Shown here: one piece after another, positions 12,730 to 26,267 of the stretch
Layout: each line of letters begins with the position of its first letter
Numbering within the stretch: position 1 is the stretch's first letter
Assembly: GCF_018350175.1 (NCBI RefSeq)
Contig: NC_058368.1
Location: 164,426,001 to 164,490,000 of the forward strand
DNA length: 64,000 bases
DNA from: Felis catus
Lineage: Eukaryota
Direction: 5' to 3'
Translations under genes and position numbers: made by a program
The notes under the pieces: generated by a model
Database searches by the model: none
Told to the model about the DNA's origin: nothing
Seen by the model: only the letters and a program-made list of their open reading frames with translations

Positions 12730-15400
12730 AGATTTTGATGAAATGGACAAATTCCTTTCAAAGGATGCAACTACCAAAACTTAACACAGTGATACACAAT
12801 CTGAGTTATCTGTAACTATCAAAGACTTAACTATTCACAGGAAGAAAATTTGAGATCAGGATAGCTTCAGAAGTGTATTTTACAAAGCATTTAAGAAGCA
12901 AATGAAGAAAATATTACACAGATTCTTCCAGAGAATAGAAAATGTGGGACAGTTGCTAACTGGTTTTATGAGATCAGCATAACTTTGAGACTCACTTGAT
13001 GAGGACATTACAATTCAGGAAAATTACAGACCAGCTTCATTAAGAAACATAGATGCAAAATCCTAAACAACATATTACTCATCAAATGTAATAACTTATA
13101 AGAAGGATACTATAATGTCACGATTTGTGTTTTGTCATGAATACGATGATAATTTAACATTTGAAAATCAATTAATGTATTTAAACACATAGCAAAAAAA
13201 TGGAAAAACTAATTCGTCTCAATAGTTTAAGACAAAACATTTGATAAAATCTTTCTTGATTGTAGACATTTACCAAAGTAGAAATAGAAGTTAATTTGAT
13301 AAAAATTAACTACAAAAACCGAACCTTAATTAAACAAATTGTTGCTAAACATTGTGCTTGTTCATAGTATTTTTAAAGCTCTCATATTCTGAATGAGCAA
13401 AGAGAATTCCCATTGCTACCACTATTGTTAAGTATTTTACTAGGGGGTCTAGGTGGTATCAAAAGGCAAGAAAAAATAGTGTAACAATTAACAAATGAAC
13501 AAGTAAAACTGTCATTATTTACAGTAAATGTTATTGTGTATATTGAAAATCCAAAAGAATTGTTGGTAAGTTACTAAGTTATGTGAATTTAGCTATGCTG
13601 TTCCATATTTTTATTATAAAAATTGTTTTATGTCTGTAATCAGACATGATAGAAAATACAGTTTTTCAAAATTTTATGTTTTACAATACCATATATAATA
13701 TAAAGACCTTAGAAATATTTTTCCTGACTCAAATTTTATCAATTTAGTAGTTTTGTTTATGAATTAACTATGTATCTACATTTGTTACAAGAGAGCTACA
13801 ATCATAAGCAGTTCATATCTAATTTTATGTTTGAATATTAAATAACAGCATAAAATTAAATTTTTTTTCAAAATAAATCATCAAGTGCAGTCAGATATCT
13901 TTATTTCCATATCTTCCTTTACTCACACCACAGAATCACTATGTCAGTTAATATGCAATTGTGAAAAATGAATGCAAAAGGTATGCATAATCTCTATACA
14001 GAAGATCCCTATAAGTGAAAGGATCTAATACATCCAAGTGTTGTAGGATCAGTTTTCCTACACGTTTGGTCTACACGTTAAACTCAATTCAATCAAAATC
14101 CCAGCAATGTGCATCTGTATATAAACTGGCAAGCTGACTCTAAATTAAAAGAAATGCAAAGGACTAAGAAGATAAACACTCTTTTAGAAGAAAAATAAAA
14201 TTAGTGGACATACTAACAGATATCATTATTTATTATAAATCCACAATAATTAAGACATAGTAGTATTGGCATACAATAGATAAATATGAAAATGGACCCC
14301 AATTAAGAGTCCAAAATATTTCTCATATTTGTATTTTGACAAGGTATCATTGTAGAGCAATGAGTGAAACTTTACTCAGTAAAATGCATTTTGACAATTG
14401 CATACCCATGTAGAAACTAATAAAAAGAAACAATAACAGTGATTGGTTATTTGCAATACATATCAGCAAGGGGAAGTTTATATCAAGAATATGTAAATTC
14501 CTCCCACTGGAAAACATAGCTAACCTAAGAGAATTATTGTTTTGCAATTTGAACAGGACCATCACAGAGATATCCAAGTGGCTAATATATACATGAGAAA
14601 TGTCTCACCTTCTTTCATCAGAATAAAAATTAAAAATATAAGGGAATAGCACTTGTCATGATAGATAAAGTTCAAAAACTAATAAAATAAATTTACCTAG
14701 AGTAATATAAAAATGCATTTCTGATGGGAGTATAAATTGTTAGAACCCCTTTTGCAGAGTAGTTATTACCTAGTAAAACAGATAATACATACACTATGAC
14801 CCAGCAGTTACATACCCAGTTATCAAGGTATATATCCAACAAAATTTTGGGCCACCATACCAGAAACCTGCACAAGAAAATTCATGGCATAACACTACAA
14901 AATGAGAAAAAATCCTAAAACTCCATCCACAATAGAATGGATATATAAAGTGTGGTAAATTCATTCAATGGAATACTATTTAACACTGAAATTAAACCAA
15001 CTATATCTGCTAAAACAATATGAATTAATAACTTTATAGAACATAGAGTCAAAAAAACCACACATGAAGTTGTACAGGCTGTGGTGGTCTCATTTATATC
15101 AGTGTAGAGCCAAAGAGACTACACATGAAGTGGTATAGACTGTGCTGCTCTCATTTATATAAAGTGCAAAACAGGTGAAATTACCCTATGGTGTTAAAAG
15201 TCGGGAGAGTGACTACTTTTACAGAGAAGGAAGGAAAATAGGAAGGATACCAATGAGAGCTTTTGAGGTACAGAAAAAATTTCATTGATTGACTTAGCTA
15301 CACATGTTTCTGTGCTTTGTGGTCATAAATTGAGCTCTTTTTTTTTTTTTTTTTTTTTTTGGTGCCTTTCTCTGAGTGAATAGTATACTTCCAAAAGTGT
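12730..15400 (+). mobile_element. Ancient LINE-1 (L1ME-like) ORF2 and 3' remnants, fragmented
   Basis: Degenerate L1 motifs GATGAAATGGACAAATTCCT, AACATAGATGCAAAATCCTAAACA, CTATGACCCAGCAGTT, CAATGGAATACTAT. Confidence 0.7.
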
Positions 15401-16357
15401 TAATAACATAGCAACCAAAATTAAGATTTATAACATTTCTAATTTTCTTTACTTACTAAACTATTAATCTGATAACAGCACATTTAAAATGAATATTGCC
15501 CTTCTGGTCTATTGTCTTTTTTTTGAAAATGAATAAGTTAAAAAAAAAAAAGTTGCCCAGAGAGCACAAGTTCCACAAAATTAGAAATTAAAGGGTAAAT
15601 ATTCAAGACATAGATGTTGTTATAGTTAGGAGAAAGAACAATGGTTGGGAGAAAAGGCAGGGTTAAACAGAAGTTTCTCTATTATTTAAAAATACACACA
15701 TGGAAAGTATGTTACTCTTATTTCAAATAAAATACACTTTCTGAAAGCAAGTGTCCTCAACAGTTTATACATTTTTTTCTTTTTTAGAATGAATTTTTAA
15801 AATAAATCTTGACTTATAACATTCAGATAATTCTTCTAAACTTGATTTAATTGTACATTAGTGCCCTTCTAATTGGAGAGAACATTTTCTACTCCAATAC
15901 CCAGGATTTAGCTGGTGTGTGAATGTTCAAATGCTGCTGGGGCTGATATAGTGCCTTAAACTCTTTAGAATCTTTTTTTTCCAATTGTCACCTTTCAGCT
16001 TAGTTTTCTAGCTGTTTTGAATATGATAGAAGAAATAACAGGGAAAGAAAATTAACTGAAATGGTGGAAACACTTCTAAGAATCATACACAGTTAGCCAT
16101 TACATGATTAAGACTGTCTCCAGGTTTGATTCTATAAAGAAGTTTAAAGGATACCTGCTTGCTTCTAACTGAAAAGGTCTTCTTACTCAGAAATTCTTCC
16201 ACCCAGGTGAGTAATATAGCTAAACTCCCATAAATATGAAATTTATTCCATTAAGTTAAAAATTTTATCTAGGAGTCTCTGCCATTTTGATAAGGAATAA
16301 GATATTAAGCCATGATTTGTCATGAGTAGTTTAGCAGAAATTTATTTATTACATTAT

Positions 16358-16752
16358 TGTATTAGTTTCCTGTGGCTGCTATAACAAATTACCACAGCCT
16401 GATGGTGTAAAACAGCAGAAATTTATTCTCTCACAGTTATGGGAACAGGAACTCTGAAACAGATATTGGCAAGGCTGTGCTTCTTGGGAAGCTCTCTAAG
16501 AGAATCCATTTTGCCCTTTTTAGTTTCTGGTGGCTGATGGTGTTCCTTTGTGGCTGAATCACTCAGCTCTGTCCACATTTGTGTGTGGTGTTGAATTTCC
16601 TGTTTCTCTCCTATGAAGACCATTGCCATGCTCTTTAAGGCCTACCTAGGTAATCTAGGATAACCTCCCCATGTCAAGATCTTTAATTTAATCCCATCTG
16701 CAACAATACTTTTCTTTATAAAGATTTACAAGTTCTAGGGATTAGGAGTGGT
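16358..16752 (-). mobile_element. MaLR solo LTR (MLT1B/C-like)
   Basis: Starts TGTATTAGTTTCCTGTGGCTGCTATAACAAATTACCACA..AGAAATTTATTCTCTCACAGTT. Confidence 0.8.
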
Positions 16753-16887
16753 AGTTGAAATAGAATTACAGAAATGAACATTAGGATTATGTAAAAAAGG
16801 AAAAGATCTATGATAATGATACATGATACTAATTTAGCATTTAATGGAGGTCTGGCATTGTCTTTGCTACCGGAAGATCAGAGTTAT

Positions 16888-16942
16888 CTTTTTGTTTGTT
16901 TTTTTTGTTTTTGTTTTTGTTTTTGTTTTTGTTTTTGTTTTG
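16888..16942. repeat. (TTTTTG)n microsatellite
   Basis: Direct reading. Confidence 0.9.
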
Positions 16943-18397
16943 TGGAGGGAATTAGAGAAAGAAAAGGAAATCACTTTGTTCTTGTCATAGTTCTTCTGTA
17001 CTTTCTCTGATTCCAGTGAAATGGTAGAAATATAAAGTGGGTATAGCTGCTTATAGATCCTACAGAACTAGCGATTTATAATATAGGATAATTTAAAGTG
17101 GATATTGGAGGGATTTTAGATTTGGCTCTGATTCAGTAATATATGTATTATAGGAGGTATTTCCATGCAAATTTATGATTCCAGTTTACTGTTTTATGGC
17201 AACTCATGCAACTTTAATTTTTAACTCATACATCTGTACTTTTGTTTAACATTTTAAATATGGTATATCTAATCCAGTTGAGCCTGTTACCTTCAGTATC
17301 ACAAATGAAGTATTTAATGCATGTAACATCCATATGAAAAATGTGAATTATATAATATATACACCTCAGAAACATCACACTCATGAAATTTACTTGCTTG
17401 GCCTTTCTACTTATTGTAACGTGAAATTTCAAGAGGAGAAGACTACTGGAAAATGACTTTGCTACTTGGGTTATCAGTTTTGGACAGTTTGAAACCTAGT
17501 CATTTACTTTTTGTTGTTGCCTATCATTCCTTTGATGAATAGTTTGCCTTATTTCCTCTTAATGGTTATGATATAACAGTTATAAACCTAGCCTTCCAGT
17601 TTTCTTACCTGCTGTGCAATGAAAAAAAGATGAGCCAGGCTTCAGAGAGTTACAGAGTTTGAGACAGGGGTGATGATTTCCCACTACAGTCCTCATTTGG
17701 TTGCCAAGATATATAACATCAGAAAATATGGTGTTTCCTCAGAACTTAAACCTATCTTGGAATGACAACCAGGATCTGTGTAATTTACTCGAGTCAACAT
17801 TCCAAGCATAATAATATCAGTTCTTTAAATTTATGGGACAATTTATGATAAAGATATTTCTTTTTAAGCAACTGAGCAGTAAAATATGGATGATGAGATG
17901 AGATTCATACTTTTTTTATATATTTGTTCATGACCCTTTACCAGAAGTGTTTTTGTAGCCTCCAAACTGGTCTCTGTACCTATAATTTTCTACTTATCAT
18001 GTATATCTATCATTCTGCTCTGCTTTTAATTCTACATATGTATGTATCCTAAATGCAGAATTAAGCATTGATTTATTCAAGAAATTCTTATGACCATAAA
18101 GAGAGTTAAAACACAGTCCTTGAAAGTGCTTACCATTTTGACTTAGGTACATAGGAAATGTACAGGGTAGTTATAATATATGATTGAAAGTGAAAAGCAT
18201 GAGAAGTGAAAAGGTAAATTTTAAAGAATTTAGCAGAGGGTGAGATTATTTCCTAATGGGGAAAATATTAATCTGTATAGAAAGTCCTTCTTAAGGTTGG
18301 ACATGATCAGGGTATTGTTTGCATACAAAGAAGAGGTACAGAGAACATTGAAAACATTTGAACGTAATTCTCTAGACAATTTTTCATCATTGGTTGA

Positions 18398-18588
18398 TTT
18401 TTTTTCAGTTTATTTACTTATTTTGAGAGAGAGAGAACACGAACAGGGGAGGGACAGAGAGAGAGGGAGAGAGTGAATCCCAAGCAGGCTCCATGCTCAG
18501 TGCAGAGTCCAATGCAGGGCTCGATTTCATGACCTGAGCTGATCATCAAGAATCAGACACTTAACCAACTGAGCCACCCGGGCACCCC
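18398..18588 (-). mobile_element. Can-SINE (older)
   Basis: Tail, (GA)n, GAATCCCAAGCAGGCTCC, ends GAGCCACCCGGGCACCCC. Confidence 0.92.
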
Positions 18589-18713
18589 TGATCATTGGCA
18601 GATATTAAGTGGGGGTATTCCACAATGTTTATTTTTTTTAATAAGATAACATTTTTGAAAATAAAAGAAATAGCCACTGGGGGGGGGAGGGTATGAAAGA
18701 AGAACAGTGAATT

Positions 18714-18951
18714 CTCAAATGAGGTCTTTACGAGACAAAACAGATGAACATAAGGGAAGGGAAACAAAAATAATATAAAAACAGAGAGGGGGACAATATG
18801 GAGAACAAACTGAGGGTTACTGGAGAGGTTGTGGGAGGGGGTATGGGCTAAATGGGTAAGGGGCATTAAGGAATCTACTCCTGAAATCATTGTTGTACTA
18901 TATGCTAACTAATTTGGATGTAAATTATAAAAAATAAAAAAAAATAAAAAA
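18714..18951 (+). mobile_element. LINE-1 3' UTR fragment (feliform-type) with 18-bp TSD
   Basis: TSD AAAGAAGAACAGTGAATT at 18696-18713 and 18952-18969. Closely matches 48030-48250. Poly-A tail. Confidence 0.93.
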
Positions 18952-19059
18952 AAAGAAGAACAGTGAATTAAGGAAGTATCTGCAGTAAGGAATTGTTCAT
19001 TAAAATAGAAAGGAATTGGTATTGTTCTAGAAGTACAATTAAACTTGTTGAATGATTAT

Positions 19060-20300
19060 GGGATGATGAAAATGAGAGCTAAAGACAAAGTAGTTTTCTG
19101 TATTGGTTGGTTTGATGGATAGTGATACCATTCTCTAACAAGGAAAATTATAAAAGAGAAGGTTTGTGACAGAGAAAGAATAGAGGAAAATCTTAGAACC
19201 CTGAAAATTTAATTTGATATCCTCTCAAATGGATATTCTTTAATTTTTTTTTGTTTTGTTTTACATTTTAATTAGAAAAGACCTTAAGCGCTACCTTGGG
19301 ACACAGTAAAGAGAGAAGATTCCTTGTGGTTCTGCCTTAGCTTACCCATCCTAGTGAGTTAAATGAATTTTGTAGTTAGCTGGACCCATTTACCTCAGGA
19401 GGTACTTAACAAATATCAGTTACTACTGAAAATGCATCTCTAATGGAAATTTTGCTCAACTCTCAAGAGTCTTATGCAGTTACCACTTCCAATCATATAG
19501 AGTTATGGAAACAGTTTTATTCATCTGTTATATTTACAATTATATTTTGATTTCCTGTATGTTTTTGAGATTGGCTTTCTGGCAACTGTTCAACAGGCTT
19601 GACATTTAAAACACATATGGTTAGGAAATAGTATATTCTGTTTAGCTTATCTGAGTTTTAATGGTGTGGTAGGAAGACGCTGCAGGTCTGGAGTTTAAAA
19701 GAGTCTACAGCAGGAGATGTAGCTTTAAAAGTCATCATAATGTTGATAGTTGAAACAATGTTAATTAATGTGTTATTGGTAAGAAAACAAGATAAAGTAT
19801 AGAGAATAGTGATGACCGAGATTAAAAGCACTTGGGGATTCTAAAATTTAAGAGATGGGAAAAAGAAGAGCAATTGGGGAATAAAACTCAAAACACTAGC
19901 CCAAATTGTAGAGGAGATTCAAAAGATTATTTAAGGGAAGACAGGAAAAGATTAACATTTCAAGATGGTGGAAAACAGTGTGGGAAGGTAAAGAGAGATT
20001 TTTAGGTAGAGACACAGAGGAGGTCAGAAAATCTAATTAGGAGACCTTGGTGAGCAATTTTAGAATTTTTTATTTCAGAGACAATGGAAGGGTTGAGAGA
20101 AGGCAAAGAATAGAGATGAATTGGTGGAAACTTCTCTTTCAAAGTTTGGAAGTGAATAAAAGAAATAATGTAGATTTTCTTTTATAGACACAGGATTTAG
20201 AAAGTGGTTGTGAAATACTAAGATTAGATTTTATTTATAGGATGAGGAGAAGGAATCAGAGGATATGGATTGATAAAGAGATATGATGATGGAGTACTGT
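19060..20300 (-). mobile_element. L2 relics (patchy)
   Basis: Purine-rich, L2-like stretches (GGATAGTGATACCATT; GGTCTGGAGTTTAAAAGAG..GTCATCA). Confidence 0.4.
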
Positions 20301-21826
20301 CTCTAGTGAGACAAAAGAACTGGGAATGGGAGTAGGGAGATGGAGACCAAAGAGACAAAGAGTAGGGAGGGGGAAATGAAAGGAAAATCAGGGAAAACGT
20401 ACATCAGGAAAACAGGAAGATTAATATTAAAGGATTTTGTTATCCATACCTAGGTTCTCTTAGTTAAAATTGGTGCCAATAATTAGAAGTAAATGAATGG
20501 TGGTTATTTCTCTACAATCTTACTTTGAAGTTATCAAGGCTTAGGACAAATTCTGCCATGCACATAAATATTTATTAGTGAGCAGCCACAAAAGATTCAT
20601 CCAAAATATTTAGTAAACTTGGTGAATATTTAGCTTTCTGTTAAGGTGTTGAATTACAATTTACATGAAAAGTTCATAGAAGACATACCTAAAAATATTC
20701 TAAAATCAGCATTTTTAAAGTTCATATCAGACAACTAAATTGTCCAACTGTGTAACTAGATACAGAAATATCAGGGATATTTATAGAGTGTTTCTATGAT
20801 CTCAGTAATTTTCCTTAAAATAATTCAACATAGGCAAGTGTGATATCATGTATGTGATATTTAGTTTAAATTTATTTCTAGTCATTTTTCCTAACCCGTA
20901 TTACATAAGTGATCAGCTAGTATTATGTTTCATAATAGGGAGTTTCAGGAGCTTCTTCTATCTCCATCATCCTCCTTTGCTTTTTAAATTAAAAGAGTGA
21001 ATGCCAGTAGTTGATTTTCATTGTTGGAAATAATGATCTGTTAGCAATCATTTTGAATGTTGAACCAGCATGGTAAACTGGAATAATTAGAGGTATTCAA
21101 GATATGTGTACTGGATACTTCCCAACCTGATATGACCATGTTGTAAAATTCCTGTAGGCTCTGGTACCCAAAGTTTGATTCCTAAATGTGTCTGTGCCAC
21201 TATTGGGTTAGGAGAATTTCTGGCTCCCTGATGTCTCCTATAAAGCATAATAGAATTCTGCCTCTGGAATGTTGTCATATATAACTCTAGGGAACATTTC
21301 ATGCAAAGAGTTGATCAGAGAACATAAAAGGATAGAGAACTAGAAAGTAATATACCTGACAGAATAGGTACTATAAATTGTGCCTGCTTGCTGATGAGTG
21401 ATTGTTTAATAAACGTTCGTATGTGTGACAGAATTTGCTTTGAGGCATGATTTCATTATAGCATAGTTGGGAAGTGGTGATGAAATAGCTAAATCTTTGC
21501 CCTCTTCAAAGTTTTCCAGGGTTTGCATTAGGCATGACCTGGTTAGCATAGGTCTGTTTCCTGTAGAGATCATCCCTATTCCACAAGAATTGTAAATATC
21601 TCTAAAATATTTCAGCCAGTCCACTCTTGCACTGTGAAAAACCTGCTTTGTTTTTCAGCAAAGCCTGTTGTGTTAATAGGAGCTAAAGGTAACTGAAGCT
21701 CTTCTTGTATCTACCTCTGTAACAAAGACTTTCTGAAAAGAAATATAACCCACAATATTTATTGTGTGAATTCCTGATTAATGCAAATGACTGTACCTAG
21801 AATTTAATTTAAATGTAAATCATTAA

Positions 21827-22068
21827 GGGGAGCATGGGTGGCTCAGTTGGCTTAGACTTGTCTCAGGTAAAGATCTCATGATGCTGCAATCCAGCCCCAA
21901 GTCCAGAGCCCAGGCCCTCATCAATGCTGGGTGTGGAGCCTACTGAAGATTCTTTCTTCCTCTCTATCTCTGCTCCTCCCTGCTGCTAGGGCATGTGTGT
22001 GCACTTTCTCTCTCTCCCTCACTTTCTTCCCTCTCCCTCTTTCCCTTTCAATCAATCAATAAATCAGT
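21827..22068 (+). mobile_element. Old Can-SINE
   Basis: Head GGGGAGCATGGGTGGCTCAGTTGG. TSD AA(A/G)TGTAAATCATTAA at 21811-21826 and 22069-22084. Confidence 0.9.
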
Positions 22069-22302
22069 AAGTGTAAATCATTAATATATATGCAATATCA
22101 TGCTGCCTGTGCTGAAATATTTTAAAGTGAATTACAGCTATCTTAATTATAGCCTTTGCCTTTTAAATAAGATGCCCATAAACCACGTAGTCTTACATGT
22201 ATACATGAAAATCTTGGTAGACTTAACTGGGTTTCTGGATCCTTTGATTTCATAGAACTGCTACTAAAAGGTTTGACAGCATCAGCAGATACTGTCTAGT
22301 AA

Positions 22303-22512
22303 CAGCATTCTCAAAGAGGGTGATCCCACTTTGTCAGGAGGCATTTGGAAATATGGAATGGAGCTTTTTTGGTTGTTAAGATGAATGTCACAATGATTGA
22401 AGAATGCTGCTGTAGGGCTAAATTCCACAATGTCTGAGGAACAAGGTCTAATGAATTCAGGGAAGAATCATCCCACCCAAAATTCCATTTGCATTTCTGT
22501 TGAAGAAAACTG
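22303..22512. mobile_element. hAT-Charlie non-autonomous relic (MER20/MER20B-like)
   Basis: CAG..TTCTCAA start, GGCATTTGGAAAT, TTTTTGGTTGT, AAGAATCATCCCACCCAAAAT, ends GAAAACTG. Confidence 0.6.
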
Positions 22513-23533
22513 CCAGACTAAGCAATATCAATTCTCTCATATCTCTATTATATTAAGGGATTGAGTACATTGTAATTAGTATTTCTTGTGTTTCTGTCTC
22601 CATTCATCTGGATCATTTGAGGGAGAACTGTCATTTTAATTTTCATTTGTTGAGAACTCTTAAACAGTGTTTGGCAAACAGTGGGTTTTTAATAAGTGTT
22701 TGTGTCATATAAACAATATGTATATGGTTCAAGTCATTCAGCTTTTTGTCTTGAAGAAGGAAATGCCAAAGTTTGCTCCTTGAAGCCAAGTTAAACATTT
22801 AAAAGCAATTTGGACAAGCCTCTAGATATATACCTTTTGAGAGTTAATAAATCAGATTGAATTTAATTTTACTAGATCTGGTAGGAATTTTCTAACTGGT
22901 ATAATTTCATGTAACTGTAGAGAAACATAATGAAGAAAAGGATTTAAATTAAAGTCAAATGTCTCTAAAAATAATCCAGTTTTTTTAATGTTTATTCCTG
23001 TAGTACTAAGTAAAACAAGTTTCAACACAAATAGGAAAGCTCAATATCTATATGAAGTTTCTAGAACAATATATTTCTCAGTTAATTTTTTCATGACTTC
23101 CCAAAAAATTTAGGCCTCTAATTTGTGGTCCAGATTGTATATGAAAACAATTCTCAATATTGGGATATACACACAGTTCTCTTTTTAAGCATCATGGTAT
23201 TGTCTAAATATATTGTATAATTCTATTAGAATCTTAAATTTTAATTTTGTATTGTATGTCCAAACCTTTGTTCTTTGAAATATTTAATAAAATATCCAAA
23301 TTTATGTTAACCCATCATCTAAAGTCTTATAGTTTCTTACCAGTTTCCAACACATAATTATAAATCAGATACCTTGCTAACATTCTGAAGGAGACAAAGC
23401 CAACTGCTACCTGACTGAATTTAACTGTTTCCCTTGGCTGTAGGATTTCTTTTTTAGTGAACAATGTTGACGTGAAAAATTTTTTTTTCCAGTTTTAAAG
23501 AAAATGTGTTTATACGTGTGTGTATGTCTTTTT

Positions 23534-23757
23534 TATTTTTTTATTAAAAAAATTTTTTAAGCGTTTATTTATTTTTTGAGAGAGAGACACAGAGCACAAG
23601 CACGGGAGGGGCAGAGAGAGGAGACACAGAATCTGAAGCAGGCTCCAGGCTCTGAGCTGTCAGCACAGAGCCCGACGTGGGACCTGAGCTCAGTGACTGA
23701 GGTTATTGACCTGAACTGAAGTCAGACACTTAGCCAACTAAGCCACGATGACACTTC
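23534..23757 (-). mobile_element. Can-SINE
   Basis: GAATCTGAAGCAGGCTCCAGGCTCTGAGCTGTCAGC. Imperfect TSD TGTGT(A/T)TGTCTTTT. Confidence 0.93.
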
Positions 23758-24564
23758 TGTGTTTGTCTTTTGTTTTAAAAAAGTTTGATTTCCATCTACA
23801 GTGTCTCAGTCAACAAAATAAAATAAAGCTGTTACTGGAACTTTTTGCATGTTGATAATGATTGAAACTTTGGGCTTTCTAGATTTTACCTAACCTGTAG
23901 AACCTCAGCAGATTCAGAGTTAAAGTGTTGGTTTTAGGAAATTCATCTGTTAGATTATTAATTTATGATTATAGGTTATCTGGGTGATGTGGAATAAAAA
24001 CAGATGGGAAGGTATAATTTCAATAATGGTATATAGCCTGGGAGAAGTTTTGAAGGTGTGCATGGCAGTGATGAGTTGAAGCAGGTGAATGCATCATTTG
24101 AACAGTGTCTCTGTAGGGCAAACATACTCATATTGGATTCAATACTCTAGAATTTGCTTGAAGATAGTGTGGTTGATACTTTTTGTTATTTCTCACTGCC
24201 ACTGATGCAGGGAAGAATAGTTTCCATCTAACCTACATTCTGGATTCTTTCCTAAATAGGAGATCACTGAGTTTCAAATTCTCCTTGTGCATTCAGAAGT
24301 TCAAATTTACATTCATAGTGTTAGAATGTATAGCAGATGAATTGTTTCTTTTTCAAGTAACATTATGGCAGTAAACTGCAGGTGATTCCTATTTTATGCA
24401 GTTATGCTCTCTAGATAAAAGGAGGGAAAATTTTCTTATATGTACCCTAAAAATAGGTCAAATAAATACATAACCTCACTCGCAATGTAGAAAATAAAGA
24501 AAACATGTGGACTACATTTGAAAGTACTTTTTTAGACGGTTCATACAAAGTTGTCTTACTTTTT

Positions 24565-24793
24565 TTTATTTTTTATTTTTTATTTTAAAAAAATTTAACG
24601 TTTATTTATTTTTGAGACAGAGACAGAGCATGAACGGGGGAGGGTCAGAGAGAGGGAGACACAGAATCAGAAACAGGCTCCAGGCTCTGAGCTGTCAGCA
24701 CAGAGCCCGACGCGAGGCTCGAACTCACAGACTGCGAGATCATGACCTGAGCTGAAGTCGGCCGCCCAACCGACTGAGCCAGCCAGGCGCCCC
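24565..24793 (-). mobile_element. Can-SINE (SINEC_Fc-like)
   Basis: TSD AAAGTTGTCTTACTTTTT at 24547-24564 and 24794-24811. Confidence 0.97.
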
Positions 24794-24868
24794 AAAGTTG
24801 TCTTACTTTTTGACATCATTGCAGAATTGTACAACAATCTGCCATCATCACAAAGAAATTTTATTTTA

Positions 24869-25096
24869 TTTTATATTTTTAAAATTTTTTTTTAACGTTT
24901 ATTTATTTTTGAGACACACAGAGACAGAGCATGAACGGGGGAGGGGCAGACAGAGAGGGAGACACAGAATCGGAAACAGGCTCCAGGCTCTGAGCCATCA
25001 GCCCAGAGCCCAACGCGGGGCTCGAACTCACAGACCGTGAGATCGTGACCTGAGCTGAAGTCGGATGCTTAACTGACTGAGCCACCCAGGTGCCCC
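24869..25096 (-). mobile_element. Can-SINE (SINEC_Fc-like)
   Basis: TSD AAGAAATTTTATTTTA at 24853-24868 and 25097-25112. Confidence 0.97.
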
Positions 25097-26051
25097 AAGA
25101 AATTTTATTTTAGAAAACATCTTTTTAAGTCTCTTGACCAATATCTGATATTTTCCTAATTTTATTGTTCAGTGTAAGTGCTCAATAAAATACTGACAAA
25201 TTGCATATGTCCTTGGCAAACTCCTGAATTCCAGTATTCAACATCCAGTCAGACAATATCTTTACAACATTCACAATTTGACCCATGTTTAGATACTCTG
25301 AGTTAGTAGTGGGGAAGAGTCTATAAGAGAGAGATAAACCAAAATCCCTGAATAGAAGTAAAATTTTATTCTTGAATTTATTTTCATTTCTCCAGGACAT
25401 GGTATGGGTTATTTTTTTCCTTCCTCATTTATAAAGGCCATACAAACCACTCAGACAATTATTTTTGATTTAATTTAAGTACACATTATTATTTGATTGA
25501 TGAGAAGGAAATATGCGATATCTTAGTGATACTGGCATGACATCTTGGATATGGTTTTCATGAGGTAAACACCTGTTTGCAAGGAGCTGGTGAAGAGAGG
25601 CAGCCAAATCATGTCCTGTCAATACTGGAATAGCTGTCAGATGCTATTGACATTTCGTTACTGCAGTGACTTGTATTAAACTAGAGCTGGTATGAAAACC
25701 TTTCTTGAAGGCTAGGTATCTCATTCCCAATAGCTAGATTCATTGAATCCCATTCCTTGTTCTACCTTTGAAGGGTGACAATCTCATAATATAAGGGTGG
25801 TTTGTTTGTTTTCTAATAAGTGCCGTTTATTCATTTTTTGTTCTCTTCATGATTTATTAATTTTGTCTAATTTATTTTCAAAATAAAAGTACAAACTAAT
25901 AATTTATGAAAGAATACTTTTAACTTTCTTTGGCTTTTCAGTTACTCACATCTTATTTCTTTTAAAATAAATATTATAAGGTGTTTATCTTAGTCATCAG
26001 TCTCTTGCTATACTAATCATTGAAGTCCTTATTCAACTTAAGTCATTTATT

Positions 26052-26267
26052 AAAAAAAATTTAATGTTTTTATTTATTTTTGAGACACAGAGAGACAGAG
26101 CATGAGCAGGGGAGGGGCAGAGAGAGAGGGAGACACAGAATCTGAAGCAGGCTCCAGGCTCTGAGCTGCCAGCACAGCTGCCGACGCGGGGCTTGAACTC
26201 ACAGACTGTGAGATCGTGACCTGAGCTGAAGTTGAATGCTTAACCTATTGAGCCACCCAGGCGCCCC
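26052..26267 (-). mobile_element. Can-SINE
   Basis: Full body ending GAGCCACCCAGGCGCCCC. Confidence 0.95.
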
